From positions 235,402 to 299,401 of the forward strand of contig JAKFCE010000006.1 in the NCBI GenBank assembly GCA_036676905.1: DNA of 64,000 nt, read 5' to 3'. Source of the stretch: Chitinophagaceae bacterium. GTDB lineage: Bacteria > Bacteroidota > Bacteroidia > Chitinophagales > Chitinophagaceae. The notes below the pieces were generated by a model, which was not told where the DNA came from, did not search any database, and saw only the letters and a program-made list of their open reading frames with translations. A program made the translations under genes and the position numbers. Within the stretch, counting starts at the first letter, position 1. Every line of letters begins with the position of its first letter. Positions 35,656-45,522 of this stretch are shown here, piece after piece.

Positions 35656-36432
35656 ATGTCTTCCATCCTCTTGGAAATAAAAGATGCAATTGCGCATATC
35701 CAATTCAACCGGCCGGATAAATACAACGCATTCAACCGCGAAATGTCGCTTGAATTTCAGCAGGCCCTCGACAAATGCAAAAACGATAAGTCGGTCCGCT
35801 GCGTACTGATCTCGGGTGCCGGCAAAGGTTTCAGCGCCGGTCAGGACCTTGAAGAGGTGGTGGACCCCAACGGCCCCGACGTATCTCACATTCTCGATGA
35901 GCAGCTGAATCCCATTATTGAAAAGATCCGCAAGCTGGAAAAACCGGTTGTGGCCGCCGTTACGGGCGTAGCGGCAGGTGCGGCAGCGAACATCGCGATC
36001 TGTTGCGATGTGGTCGTGGCATCCAGGTCGGCGTCTTTCATCCAGGCATTTTCAAAAATCGGGTTGATACCGGATAGCGGCGGAACTTTCTTTCTTCCCC
36101 GGCTGATCGGATGGCAAAAAGCTTCGGCGATCATGATGCTTGCAGATAAGGTATCGGCGGAAGAGGCGGAAAGAATGGGTATGCTCTATAAAGTTTTTCC
36201 TGACGATAGTTTTTGGGAAGAAACAAATAAGGTCGCAAGCACACTGGCACAAATGCCCACAAGGGGACTCGCGCTGACCAAGCAGGCTTTGAACCAGTCG
36301 ACCATGAATGGTTTTGAGGACCAGCTGCACGATGAGGAGCTACTTCAGCAAAAAGCAGGAGCCACTGCCGATTATAAAGAAGGCGTACAGGCCTTTTTGG
36401 AAAAGAGAAAACCCAACTTCATCGGCGAATAG
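35656..36432 (+). CDS. paaG: Enoyl-CoA hydratase/isomerase family, 1,2-epoxyphenylacetyl-CoA isomerase-like
   Basis: Crotonase fold motifs (FNRPDKYNAF, ISGAGKGFSAGQDL, AAVTGVAAGAGA). Assignment is by cluster context. Confidence 0.85.
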   Translation: MSSILLEIKDAIAHIQFNRPDKYNAFNREMSLEFQQALDKCKNDKSVRCVLISGAGKGFSAGQDLEEVVDPNGPDVSHILDEQLNPIIEKIRKLEKPVVAAVTGVAAGAAANIAICCDVVVASRSASFIQAFSKIGLIPDSGGTFFLPRLIGWQKASAIMMLADKVSAEEAERMGMLYKVFPDDSFWEETNKVASTLAQMPTRGLALTKQALNQSTMNGFEDQLHDEELLQQKAGATADYKEGVQAFLEKRKPNFIGE

Positions 36433-36481
36433 GCTTTTTTGTGCTTAACCGCCAGGACGCTGAAACCGGTAACTTTAGAAC

Positions 36482-36898
36482 ATGAACAATCGTCAGGTAG
36501 TCGACCACATGATGCAGCACGACCTCTTCAGCCAGTGGCTGGGAATAGAGGTCCTGGAGATCAAAGAAGGATACAGCAGGATCCAAATGACCATCCGCGA
36601 CGAAATGATCAATGGATTTGGCGTTACACATGGAGGCATTGCATTTTCATTGGCCGACAGCGCCTTTGCCTTTGCCTGCAACAACCGCAACAACCTTTCG
36701 ATGGCCCTGGATACCAGCATCAACTTTACAAAGGCCACCCGGCCCGGCGATACGCTGACCGCCGAAGCCAGGGAAATGCATAATGGCCGCAGCACCGGAC
36801 TTTACTTCATCACGGTCACCAACCAGCTGAATGAACAGGTAGCCCACTTTAAAGGCACCTGTTTCCGCACCGGCAAAGCGCTGATTGAAGTTTCGTAA
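36482..36898 (+). CDS. paaI: Hydroxyphenylacetyl-CoA thioesterase (hotdog fold)
   Basis: NGFGVTHGGIAFSLADSAFAFACN motif of PaaI-type thioesterases. 138 aa. Confidence 0.85.
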   Translation: MNNRQVVDHMMQHDLFSQWLGIEVLEIKEGYSRIQMTIRDEMINGFGVTHGGIAFSLADSAFAFACNNRNNLSMALDTSINFTKATRPGDTLTAEAREMHNGRSTGLYFITVTNQLNEQVAHFKGTCFRTGKALIEVS

Positions 36899-37074
36899 CT
36901 TAACCTGGCCACAGGGGAATTGAATGATACCCAGGTCCAATATGGGAGCAGGACACGGAGGGGGGCGGGAAGATTCGAAGCGCAGAAACTAAGAGCTTTG
37001 AAATTCGCCTTTATGCTAGACCAGCTGGGATGGAATGAGGACATGAAAACCTATCAAACCAAAAAAGGTTTTTG

Positions 37075-37701
37075 ATGAAAACAATATCGCTTTGGGCCTT
37101 CGCCAACGTCTGGCCCGCAAGGATCATACTGGCAATTTGCCACATCGTATTGATACTAATGGCCTGGCTGTTAGTGGACCTAGGTTCTGCCGGGGCTCTA
37201 TGGCTATGTGCCATACCATTCATCGTTGCGGCTGCCCTCTATATTTTTTCCAGGCGCTGGTGCAGCCGGTCTTTCCATTTGTTTGCAGCAACAGGTTCAT
37301 TTTGGCTGGTTACCTTGTTTTTCCAATCAGGCGGAAGCTTGCAGCAGCCCCTGACGGGTGGTTCTTTTCTGCAACAGGTCCACGCTTCTATGGCTAAGGA
37401 ACAACCGCAGTTGAAAAAGAAAAAGTCCAAACCATCCTTTTTCAAAAGAATAACGGGCGACAAAACAAAAAAGACCCTGCTCAGCATCCTGACCATTATT
37501 GTCGCGCTCGGCCTGTTGTTTCTCATTGCAGCCTTATCATGCAGCATAGCCTGCAGCGGAGCAGAGGCGCTGGCCTTATTGGTAGGGCTTGCGGGGCTGG
37601 CGGCAGTGATCTTTTTTACGAGGCGGGTACTCAGAAGGATCAAATTTGGTCCGAGGAAAAAAGATGTGAACGAGGAAGAAAAAAGAGAGGAAGAAATATG
37701 A
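37075..37701 (+). CDS. Hypothetical polytopic membrane protein with Lys-rich loop and acidic tail
   Basis: Hydrophobic helices, a KKKKSKPSFFKR loop and a C-terminal EEEKREEEI. ATG 37075. Its stop overlaps the paaY start (ATGA). Confidence 0.5.
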   Translation: MKTISLWAFANVWPARIILAICHIVLILMAWLLVDLGSAGALWLCAIPFIVAAALYIFSRRWCSRSFHLFAATGSFWLVTLFFQSGGSLQQPLTGGSFLQQVHASMAKEQPQLKKKKSKPSFFKRITGDKTKKTLLSILTIIVALGLLFLIAALSCSIACSGAEALALLVGLAGLAAVIFFTRRVLRRIKFGPRKKDVNEEEKREEEI

Positions 37702-38282
37702 TCTACGAATTCAACGGCATTAAACCAGTGATACACGAATCGGCTTTTATCCATCCACAGGCGGTGGTAACGGGGCATGTCGTGATCGGCAAAGATGTTT
37801 ATATCGGTCCCGGCGCAGCCATCCGTGGCGACTGGGGAAAGATCGTGATCGAAGACGGCTGCAATGTGCAGGAGAACTGCACCATCCATATGTTCCCGGG
37901 TGTGACCGTACTCCTGAAAGCCAATGCCCACATTGGCCACGGTGCTATTATTCACGGTGCCACCATCGGCAGAAATTGTCTTGTGGGCATGAACGCCGTA
38001 GTGATGGACGAGGTGGAGCTGGGCGACGAATGTGTTGTAGGAGCGCTCTCTTTTATCAGGCAGGGTGAGAAGATCCCTGAACGGTCCATGGTGGCCGGCA
38101 ATCCCGGGAAGATCGTGAAGCAGGTATCCGACGACCTGATCTATTGGAAAACCAAAGGCACCGAGCTCTACCAGCAATTACCCGATCAGCTAAGGCAAAG
38201 CCTTAAGCCCTGCGAGCCTTTAAGGCAGGATACCGGGCAAAAACCGCTCTTCACCAGCGACTACAAGCCGTTCAAAAAATAA
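37698..38282 (+). CDS. paaY: Hexapeptide-repeat (gamma-carbonic-anhydrase-like) protein PaaY
   Basis: MIYEFNGIKPVIHESAFIHPQAVVTGHVVIGKDVYIGPGAAIRGD left-handed beta-helix. ATG 37698 chosen, because the tracked start at 37539 overlaps the previous gene. Confidence 0.8.
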   Translation: MIYEFNGIKPVIHESAFIHPQAVVTGHVVIGKDVYIGPGAAIRGDWGKIVIEDGCNVQENCTIHMFPGVTVLLKANAHIGHGAIIHGATIGRNCLVGMNAVVMDEVELGDECVVGALSFIRQGEKIPERSMVAGNPGKIVKQVSDDLIYWKTKGTELYQQLPDQLRQSLKPCEPLRQDTGQKPLFTSDYKPFKK

Positions 38283-38355
38283 ATGCTGCAGGGGTAGGGG
38301 AAGCGTTGAATACATTGTATTTTTAAAAACTATTATCAATCCTAAACCAAAGACA

Positions 38356-39594
38356 ATGAGAGCAATTTTACGTACTGCGGCATTCATTTTATTCTTTGCC
38401 GTGGCTGCTGCCCAGGCGCAGGACAGGTTTGCCTTCGCCATCACCGACCTCACTAAAGAGACCATGGGCGGATGGAATGCCCTGAGGAAGATCGACCTGA
38501 CCACAGGCGAGTACAGTACCGTATTATTGAACGGCACCGACGCCAACATGCAGGTTTATGATGCCGCTACTAAAAAAGCACTCCAGCAGGTAGCCGATGC
38601 ACGTTATGGCAACTTCATGCATGCTCCGTTTAGTACCGGAGTGGCCGCCGCCGCTTACGACAGCCGCAGCAACCGCCTCTACTATACGCCCATGTTCATC
38701 GACCAGCTTCGCTATATAGACATGAAAACAATGAAGGTGCATTATGTGACCGACCAGCCTTTTACAGGCCTGGGCAACATGCACAACGACGAAGGCAAGT
38801 GCGTTACCCGCATGGTGATCACCCCCGATGGAACCGGATATGCCATCACCAATGATGGAAATACCATGGTGAAATTCACCACCGGCAAAAAGATCAGGAT
38901 CACCCAAATGGGCGGCCTGGTTGACGATCCATCCAACAATGGCCTTTCTGTACACAACCGCTGCAGCAGCTTTGGTGGCGACATGATCGCTGATGACAGG
39001 GGCAATCTTTTCATTCTCACTGCCAGGAACAACGTATTCCAGGTTAGCACAGAGACCAGGGTAGCTAAGCTGCTTGGCAATATCAAAGGACTGCCTGCCG
39101 ATTTCACAGTGAACGGAGCGGTGGTTGATGGAGATGGCAACCTGCTGGTGAGCAGTGCCGTGAATAGCAATGCCTATTTCGTTGTGAATCCAAGGTCATG
39201 GGAAGCTTCTGTCTTTCAAACCAGCTCTATATTCCGCAGCTCGGACCTCGCGAACAGCAATTATCTCATGAGCACTTCCAGGAATAAGAATACGACCATC
39301 GAGACCATAGCCCGCCGCACACCGGCAGCTGCCAGCCAGATCCAGATCTTCCCTAACCCGGTTGTGGCCAACCAGTTCACTATCCAGTTCAACAAGGTGC
39401 CAGCCGGCGATTATACCCTGGAGCTTACCGATGTAATGGGCAGAAGAGTGCTCCAGCAAAGGCTCAACCTGGTAACCGATAATTCTACCCAGACCATTTC
39501 TCTTGCTTCTACCAACGCCAAGGGTGTGTACATGGTAAAAGTGACCGATATCAGCAAAAAGGCTGTGTACGAGCAAAAAATCCTGGTTCAGTAA
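38356..39594 (+). CDS. Secreted protein of unknown function with T9SS C-terminal sorting domain
   Basis: Signal peptide. The last ~80 aa (IFPNPVVANQFTIQF..GDYTLELTDVMGRRV..KGVYMVKVTD) match the Por/T9SS CTD pattern. Confidence 0.8.
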   Translation: MRAILRTAAFILFFAVAAAQAQDRFAFAITDLTKETMGGWNALRKIDLTTGEYSTVLLNGTDANMQVYDAATKKALQQVADARYGNFMHAPFSTGVAAAAYDSRSNRLYYTPMFIDQLRYIDMKTMKVHYVTDQPFTGLGNMHNDEGKCVTRMVITPDGTGYAITNDGNTMVKFTTGKKIRITQMGGLVDDPSNNGLSVHNRCSSFGGDMIADDRGNLFILTARNNVFQVSTETRVAKLLGNIKGLPADFTVNGAVVDGDGNLLVSSAVNSNAYFVVNPRSWEASVFQTSSIFRSSDLANSNYLMSTSRNKNTTIETIARRTPAAASQIQIFPNPVVANQFTIQFNKVPAGDYTLELTDVMGRRVLQQRLNLVTDNSTQTISLASTNAKGVYMVKVTDISKKAVYEQKILVQ

Positions 39595-39611
39595 GAACTA
39601 CTTACCGGACT

Positions 39612-39647
39612 AAAAAAATCCCCTGCCTGAAGTGGGGGATTTTTTTA
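39612..39647. terminator. Bidirectional intrinsic terminator between the T9SS-cargo gene and the Cys-rich lipoprotein gene
   Basis: AAAAAAATCCCCTGC-CTGAA-GTGGGGGATTTTTTT (stem with two G-U pairs), with A and T tracts on both sides. Confidence 0.75.
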
Positions 39648-39663
39648 GTTAACTGGTTAACTG
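39646..39663 (+). repeat. Two octamers TAGTTAAC TGGTTAAC
   Basis: Located directly after the bidirectional terminator at 39612-39647. Confidence 0.6.
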
Positions 39664-39677
39664 CGGGGATTCACGAA

Positions 39678-40019
39678 CTACCTGCTATCCTTATAGATCA
39701 CCCTCACCTTTGTTGCTTTTTCAAGGAAGTCAGCACATTGACCATCCCCCTTTCCCGTGATCCCGCCGGAGGGAGCGCAGATCATTTTGCAGTCCGCATC
39801 AAAAACCTCGTAATACTGGTCGCAGCAGTCGTTGCTGAACCCATAAACCGTCTTGCCATTGTATACATATTCGATAACCTCGGCAGGAGGATTCCATTTG
39901 GGCTGTGCCTTGATGGCCTCAATTTTTTGCTGGATACAGGGCGGGACGGTGGACTTTTCCTTGGTGCATTTGGAGAGGACGGCCAGGGAGGAGATCATCA
40001 GGATCAGGGTGAACTTCAT
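39678..40019 (-). CDS. Cys-rich small lipoprotein, unknown function
   Basis: Signal peptide ending in a lipobox-like LSKC. 8 Cys in 113 aa, including a CC pair (SNDCCDQYYEVFDADCKMIC). Confidence 0.55.
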   Translation of the reverse strand: MKFTLILMISSLAVLSKCTKEKSTVPPCIQQKIEAIKAQPKWNPPAEVIEYVYNGKTVYGFSNDCCDQYYEVFDADCKMICAPSGGITGKGDGQCADFLEKATKVRVIYKDSR

Positions 40020-40081
40020 AAATTAAATTTACTTAGGAGTACTGACAGTCTAACTTCGCAATTCGTTGCAAACGTAAAAAA

Positions 40082-41086
40082 GTGGAAAAAAGCAATTTTA
40101 TAGACCAGATCCGCATTTTCTGCAAAAGCGGTCATGGCGGGGCAGGCATCAAGCATTTCAGGCGTGATAAACTCACCGCTATGGGCGGACCCGACGGCGG
40201 GGACGGTGGCCGTGGCGGACACATCATCCTGCGTGGCAACAGGAATCTTTGGACCCTGCTGCACCTGCGCTACCGCAAGAACATCATTGCCGACGACGGC
40301 GACAAGGGCAGCGACAACAACCGGACAGGAAGAGATGGCAAAGATGTGATCCTGGAAGTGCCCCTGGGCACCATAGCACGTGATGAAGAGACCGGTGAGC
40401 AGGAAATGGAGATCCTTCACGATGGGGAAGAAAGGGTCTGGCTGCCGGGAGGTAAAGGTGGACTGGGCAATACCAATTTTAAATCGGCTACCAACCAGGC
40501 CCCCGAGCATGCGCAGCCGGGTTTGCCCGGTGTTGAAGGCTGGAAGGTGCTGGAGCTGAAAGTACTCGCCGACGTAGGGCTGGTAGGTTTTCCCAATGCG
40601 GGTAAGTCAACCTTGCTTTCCGTGATCACAGCGGCCAAGCCCAAGATCGCCGACTATGCATTTACCACCATCACGCCCAACCTGGGCATGGTTGAATACC
40701 GCGACGGTAAAAGCTTTTGCATTGCCGACCTGCCCGGTATCATCGAAGGTGCCGCCGAAGGCAAGGGACTGGGACACCGCTTCCTCCGTCATATTGAAAG
40801 AAACTCCATTTTGCTTTTTCTCATCCCGGCCGACAGCAAGGGCCACCGGGAGGAGTATGAAGTGCTGGTGAATGAATTGAAGGAATACAACCCCGAGTTG
40901 CTCGACAAAAAATTCATCATCGCCATCAGCAAGTCCGATATGCTGGATGCGGAGTTGAAGACAGAGATCGAAAAAGAACTGCCGAAGGATGTACCGCACA
41001 TCTTTATTTCATCAGCTGCGAATTCCAACATCCAGGAACTGAAAGATCTCCTGTGGAAGGCGCTGAATGAGGGACAAGGAAGTTGA
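40082..41086 (+). CDS. obg: GTPase Obg
   Basis: Gly-rich Obg fold ([18 protein letters not shown]) and G1-G4 motifs ([17 protein letters not shown]-like ISKSD). GTG start. Confidence 0.95.
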   Translation: MEKSNFIDQIRIFCKSGHGGAGIKHFRRDKLTAMGGPDGGDGGRGGHIILRGNRNLWTLLHLRYRKNIIADDGDKGSDNNRTGRDGKDVILEVPLGTIARDEETGEQEMEILHDGEERVWLPGGKGGLGNTNFKSATNQAPEHAQPGLPGVEGWKVLELKVLADVGLVGFPNAGKSTLLSVITAAKPKIADYAFTTITPNLGMVEYRDGKSFCIADLPGIIEGAAEGKGLGHRFLRHIERNSILLFLIPADSKGHREEYEVLVNELKEYNPELLDKKFIIAISKSDMLDAELKTEIEKELPKDVPHIFISSAANSNIQELKDLLWKALNEGQGS

Positions 41087-41108
41087 CAAGTTGATAAAGG
41101 ACAACTGG
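41081..41108 (+). repeat. AGTTGAYAA-type units containing the obg stop codon
   Basis: AGTTGACA AGTTGATAA AGGACAACTGG. The TGA at 41084-41086 is the obg stop. Confidence 0.7.
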
Positions 41109-41144
41109 TCTCCCCGTCCCTTTAGGGCGGGGTCGGGGGTGGGT

Positions 41145-42473
41145 TCAATACGCTCTCCCTACCGTATCGCAGGCCGCCTTCAGCAGGCTGGTGGCATCAT
41201 GCGTATCCTGCCACTTCTCCCACATCATCACTCCATTGCCCTGTTGTTTGGCATAGATGGCCTTCTTCTTTACCGTAGGCTGCCCGTTATAATAGATCAT
41301 GTAATTGTTGAAGGAACCCTGCGAAACGATCGCAGAATCTGAATCCGGGCTGCCTCCCTGTGCAATGATGGTGCGGTAGGCCATGGTGGTACCCGTTTGC
41401 GTGATGCCTGATGCACGTCCGTATGCAGGAAAGCCCAGGACGATCTTAGCCGCCGGCATGCCCCTCGTGTTTTTCCAGTAATTGAGACAGGTGACAGCCA
41501 GGTTATAATCGCTATGATGCTTATAGGGTACCGTGCTGCTGAAATCGTCATAAGCCATGATGTTGAACCAGTCGGCATAGTTGAACACTTCAGCGGTGAT
41601 GGCATCCCTGATAGCGCCCGCGTATTTTCCGGCTGTGATGGCCGCCGTGAGATAGTACCTCGCATCAACATGCAAAGAATCAGAGAGCTCCTTCATCAGC
41701 GCAGTAAAGGTCACCGATGTGCCATCGTCTGTCCTTGGAAATTCCCAGTCAATATCCACCCCGTCGAACCCATATTGGCGCACCTTGGCCATCACATCTT
41801 TCACGAAGGCGGTCCTGCCTGCGGAAGTGGAAGCCATGGTTTTGTAATTTCCTGCCGCTGCCTCGTTGATACTTAGAAATGGTTTCGCATTGTTGGCCCT
41901 GGCCTTTGCAATGAACTGGGTAGCCAGCGTTCCATTATTAACGGTAACAGTGCCTGTACTGTTCACACTAAAGAAGGCATAATTCACCACGTTGCACATC
42001 CTGAACTTCACGTCGGGGATATCGGTAAGTGACCGGTAATTGGGAAAATACCCCACCACATAAAATCCAAATGGCGGGGGCGCCAGGATGTTGGCAGGCG
42101 TGGTAAAACTGGTGGCGGCCGACTGGCAGTTTTTGGCATTTCCGGAGGCGCTCCTGGGCACTACATACCAATAGTAGGTAAGGCCGCCACCAGCGGGTAC
42201 CGTATAATTCGTGGTGGTACCGCTGACATTGGATGCAACGATAGAGGCGGTTGCTGCAGAGCTTCCCACGTACACATCATAACCAGTAGCGCCTGCCACT
42301 GAATTCCACGTGAGAGTGACCGGAGCTCCCGCCGATACAGAAGCAGCATTCGATGGAGCGAGGTTGCTGGTGCAGTTGATGGTCGGTGCGGGAGGTGCGG
42401 GCTCGTCTTTTTTACACCCGGCAAAAAGCAAAACCATACTCAGAACCGTAGTCAATAACCTGATCTTCCTCAT
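41145..42473 (-). CDS. Glycoside hydrolase family 18 (chitinase-like) lipoprotein with N-terminal Fn3/Ig-like domain
   Basis: FDGVDIDWEFP catalytic DxxDxDxE motif. Start moved to ATG 42473 (MRKIRLLTTVLSMVLLFAGC lipobox). Confidence 0.85.
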   Translation of the reverse strand: MRKIRLLTTVLSMVLLFAGCKKDEPAPPAPTINCTSNLAPSNAASVSAGAPVTLTWNSVAGATGYDVYVGSSAATASIVASNVSGTTTNYTVPAGGGLTYYWYVVPRSASGNAKNCQSAATSFTTPANILAPPPFGFYVVGYFPNYRSLTDIPDVKFRMCNVVNYAFFSVNSTGTVTVNNGTLATQFIAKARANNAKPFLSINEAAAGNYKTMASTSAGRTAFVKDVMAKVRQYGFDGVDIDWEFPRTDDGTSVTFTALMKELSDSLHVDARYYLTAAITAGKYAGAIRDAITAEVFNYADWFNIMAYDDFSSTVPYKHHSDYNLAVTCLNYWKNTRGMPAAKIVLGFPAYGRASGITQTGTTMAYRTIIAQGGSPDSDSAIVSQGSFNNYMIYYNGQPTVKKKAIYAKQQGNGVMMWEKWQDTHDATSLLKAACDTVGRAY

Positions 42474-42605
42474 AAGCTTCAAATATCCCGGGAAAGTAAT
42501 AAAAGCAGGTGATGTTGGGATAACAAAAAAGACAAGGGCCACCTTAAAGCGACCCAATCCAAAAAAATCATGCAGATCCTCATAAATCACTGTCCTATTT
42601 TTAAG

Positions 42606-42613
42606 TAGGTTTG
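42606..42613 (+). promoter_or_regulatory. Bacteroidota-type -7 promoter box TAGGTTTG upstream of the S46 peptidase gene
   Basis: Matches TAnnTTTG 38 nt upstream of ATG 42651. No convincing TTTG -33 element at the expected spacing. Confidence 0.3.
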
Positions 42614-42650
42614 CTATCCGCTATCCCAAACTCCCTTAAAATCAAAGAAT

Positions 42651-44810
42651 ATGAAGAAAATTTTCCTTGCATTTTTATTCAGTGTAACGCTGATGTTCCG
42701 TGCCGCTGCCGATGAAGGCATGTGGCTTCCTTTGCTGCTGGGTCAGCAGGTGTACAACGACATGGTGAAGAAAGGATTGAAGCTCAGTAAAGAGCAACTG
42801 TACAGCATGAACAAGGCTTCAATCAAAGATGCCATTGTGATCTTTGGTAACGGTTGCACCGGTGAGATCGTGAGTGCCGAAGGCCTGATCTTCACCAACC
42901 ACCACTGCGGATACAACCAGATCGCCGCCGCCAGCTCCATGGAGCACAACTACCTGAAAGATGGATTCTACGCCCGTAACCGTGGCGAAGAGATCCCTTC
43001 ACAGGGACTTTCTGTTCGCTTCCTGCTTCGCATCCAGGATGTGACCAAAGAAGTGATGGATTCACTGAAAGGACTGACTGGCCAGGAAAGGGCTACTGCG
43101 CAGTCGCGCGTACTCAGCGCCATCAATACGCGCATGGGCGATCCCTCTAAAAGCATTGAGACCATGGTGAGCAGCCTCTTCAAGGGCAACCAGTATTTAG
43201 CGTTTGTGTACCAGCGTTATAGCGACATCAGGCTGGTGGGCGCACCGCCGGAGAGCGTGGGTAAGTTTGGTGGCGACACCGACAACTGGGAGTGGCCACG
43301 CCACACAGGCGACTTCTCCGTTTTCCGTGTATACGCCAACAACGGTCAGCCTGCCGCATACAATGCAGCCAACAAGCCCCTGAAGCCGAAATACTTCCTG
43401 CCTGTTTCTTTAAAAGGAGTAAAGGAAGGCGACTTCGCCATGATCTACGGCTATCCCGGCAGCACCAACCGCTACGAGACCGCTATGGGCGTGAAGCTGG
43501 CTACAGACATCAACAACCCTACGCTGGTAAAGCTGCGCGACATGAGGCTGAAGTACATGTTCGAGGAAATGAAGAAGGATCCGGCCATCAAGCTGAAGCT
43601 TGCCGGTGATTATGCAGGCATTGCCAATTACTGGAAATTCTACAAGGGCGAGTCTGAGCAGTTGCTGAAATACGATGTATATGGCAATAAGCTCAAAGAC
43701 GAGGCTGCCTTCCAGAAATGGGCAGCTGCAAAGCCTGAATACCAGAATATTTTCAAAGACCTCGAATCGGCTTATGCGGCCTGGAGGCCCTATGCATTGC
43801 ACAGGGTTTATATCAACGAGGGTGTGATGGGCTCGCCACTTCTCGCCTTTGCAGCCAGCCTGCAGCAGGTGGAGAATATCATGGTAAAGCCAGGTGCTTC
43901 TTCGGCTGATATCAAAAAAGCAGTTGAATCCGCAAGCAATGCAAGGAAGAATTTCCTGGCTGCGCACAACCGCACTTCGGATCAGAATATCGTAGCCTCT
44001 GTGCTGGAAATGTATTACAACGAAGTGCCTAAGGAACAACAGCCCAACGGTCTCTACACTTCTATCCGCAACGAGTATGGCTCACTGGACAAAGCTTCTA
44101 CCTACCAGAAATACGCAGACGCGATCTTCAGCAACACCATGATCCTGGATGACAGGAAATGGAATGATTTCGTAGCCAATCCTGACGCGAATACTTTGCA
44201 GACCGACCTGGCATACAGTCTCTCCAATTCATTCCTGCGCAACTGGCAGGGCAAATACCTTCCTCAGTACCAGCAGTTCGTAGCCAAGAACAATGAGTTC
44301 GGCAGGCTTTATCTCAAAGGGGTAATGGAGCAGAATCCCAAAAAGATCATGTACCCGGATGCCACTTTCACTATGCGTATTTCTTATGGAAAGGTGGACG
44401 ACTACAAACCCCGCGATGCCGTTACTTACGATTACGTGACTACCATGAAAGGGGTGATGGAGAAATATGTACCGGGCGATTATGAATTTGACCTGCCCGC
44501 AAAATTTGTGGAACTCGCCAAGGCCAAAGACTTTGGACAATATAAAGACGCGCGTACAGGCGATCTCGTTGTTGGCTTCATCACTTCCAACGACATCACC
44601 GGTGGGAACTCCGGATCTCCTGTGCTGAATGGCAAGGGTGAACTGATTGGACTGGCCTTCGATGGCAACTACGAAGCACTGAGCCACAAGCTCGCCTTCG
44701 ACAAGGACCTGAACCGCACCATCAATGTGGACATCAGGTACGTACTCTGGTGCATTGACAAGCTGGGTGGTGCTTCTCACCTCATCAAAGAACTGAAGCT
44801 CGTTAAATAA
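42651..44810 (+). CDS. Peptidase S46 (dipeptidyl-peptidase 7/11 family)
   Basis: Signal peptide followed by DEGMWLP, then TNHHCG (His) and GGNSGSPV (Ser) catalytic motifs. 719 aa. Confidence 0.92.
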   Translation: MKKIFLAFLFSVTLMFRAAADEGMWLPLLLGQQVYNDMVKKGLKLSKEQLYSMNKASIKDAIVIFGNGCTGEIVSAEGLIFTNHHCGYNQIAAASSMEHNYLKDGFYARNRGEEIPSQGLSVRFLLRIQDVTKEVMDSLKGLTGQERATAQSRVLSAINTRMGDPSKSIETMVSSLFKGNQYLAFVYQRYSDIRLVGAPPESVGKFGGDTDNWEWPRHTGDFSVFRVYANNGQPAAYNAANKPLKPKYFLPVSLKGVKEGDFAMIYGYPGSTNRYETAMGVKLATDINNPTLVKLRDMRLKYMFEEMKKDPAIKLKLAGDYAGIANYWKFYKGESEQLLKYDVYGNKLKDEAAFQKWAAAKPEYQNIFKDLESAYAAWRPYALHRVYINEGVMGSPLLAFAASLQQVENIMVKPGASSADIKKAVESASNARKNFLAAHNRTSDQNIVASVLEMYYNEVPKEQQPNGLYTSIRNEYGSLDKASTYQKYADAIFSNTMILDDRKWNDFVANPDANTLQTDLAYSLSNSFLRNWQGKYLPQYQQFVAKNNEFGRLYLKGVMEQNPKKIMYPDATFTMRISYGKVDDYKPRDAVTYDYVTTMKGVMEKYVPGDYEFDLPAKFVELAKAKDFGQYKDARTGDLVVGFITSNDITGGNSGSPVLNGKGELIGLAFDGNYEALSHKLAFDKDLNRTINVDIRYVLWCIDKLGGASHLIKELKLVK

Positions 44811-44830
44811 TCAAGGAATAGTTTCATAAG

Positions 44831-44862
44831 AAAAGCCACCACGTTGAACGTGGTGGCTTTTT
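44831..44862. terminator. Bidirectional intrinsic terminator between the S46 peptidase gene and the lipoprotein gene
   Basis: AAAA-GCCACCACG-TTGAA-CGTGGTGGC-TTTTT, perfect 9-bp stem. Confidence 0.85.
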
Positions 44863-44882
44863 GCTTTTCATGGATATTGTTA

Positions 44883-45425
44883 TTATTTAACGATCACATC
44901 GAACCTGCCTTCGGTGACGGTAATCACATCATTCGGGTTTTCTGTATACCCTGCGCGGAACTGGAATGAACCTGCAAGGATGCCGGTGGCCGGATCCCAT
45001 TTGGTTACGGTTACCGTGCCCGTGTGGGTAGCGTTGGTCATCCATTCATTCAGTGGGCGAAATTTTCTTTGAACATAATAGCCATAGCTGGCGGTAGCGC
45101 CATTGGGATGCTTGCTGGTAGCCGTGTTCAGCTGGTAGGTGCCTGTACCGTTCAGGTCCCTCAAATAGATCTCGAATTCGGTTTCGTTGGGCTGCTTGCT
45201 GTAATCCCTCGCATTGATGGTGACTGAATTATTACCTGCGTACTTGCCTTCCAGGATGGGGCCGGTGGGTACCACGCCAAAGCCCTGGGGAGCCCATAGG
45301 GCGCCATTCACTTTTACGCCAAATGTTCCTTCACCGGTCTCTGTATAGCCAGGCAATTCATCGATCTTCTTGGAGCAGCCTGCAAATACCACCGCGGCCG
45401 CCAGGAGCAAAAAAATATTTTTCAT
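44883..45425 (-). CDS. Hypothetical lipoprotein
   Basis: MKNIFLLLAAAVVFAGC lipobox. 180 aa, beta-rich, no motif recognised. Confidence 0.6.
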   Translation of the reverse strand: MKNIFLLLAAAVVFAGCSKKIDELPGYTETGEGTFGVKVNGALWAPQGFGVVPTGPILEGKYAGNNSVTINARDYSKQPNETEFEIYLRDLNGTGTYQLNTATSKHPNGATASYGYYVQRKFRPLNEWMTNATHTGTVTVTKWDPATGILAGSFQFRAGYTENPNDVITVTEGRFDVIVK

Positions 45426-45522
45426 AGTTCTATTGGTTTCGCCGCCTTGTGCATAAACCGTGCTGAAACTTTCACCCCGGGCGGTTATAAGAACCTTTTA
45501 ACTTTATCGGCAAATCTGCTGC

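Noticed and set aside
37239-38177. 312-aa minus-strand ORF spanning the membrane-protein gene and paaY
   Set aside because: It overlaps two plus-strand genes, one of which (paaY) has unmistakable hexapeptide repeats. It has no motifs of its own and its composition is typical of antisense translation.
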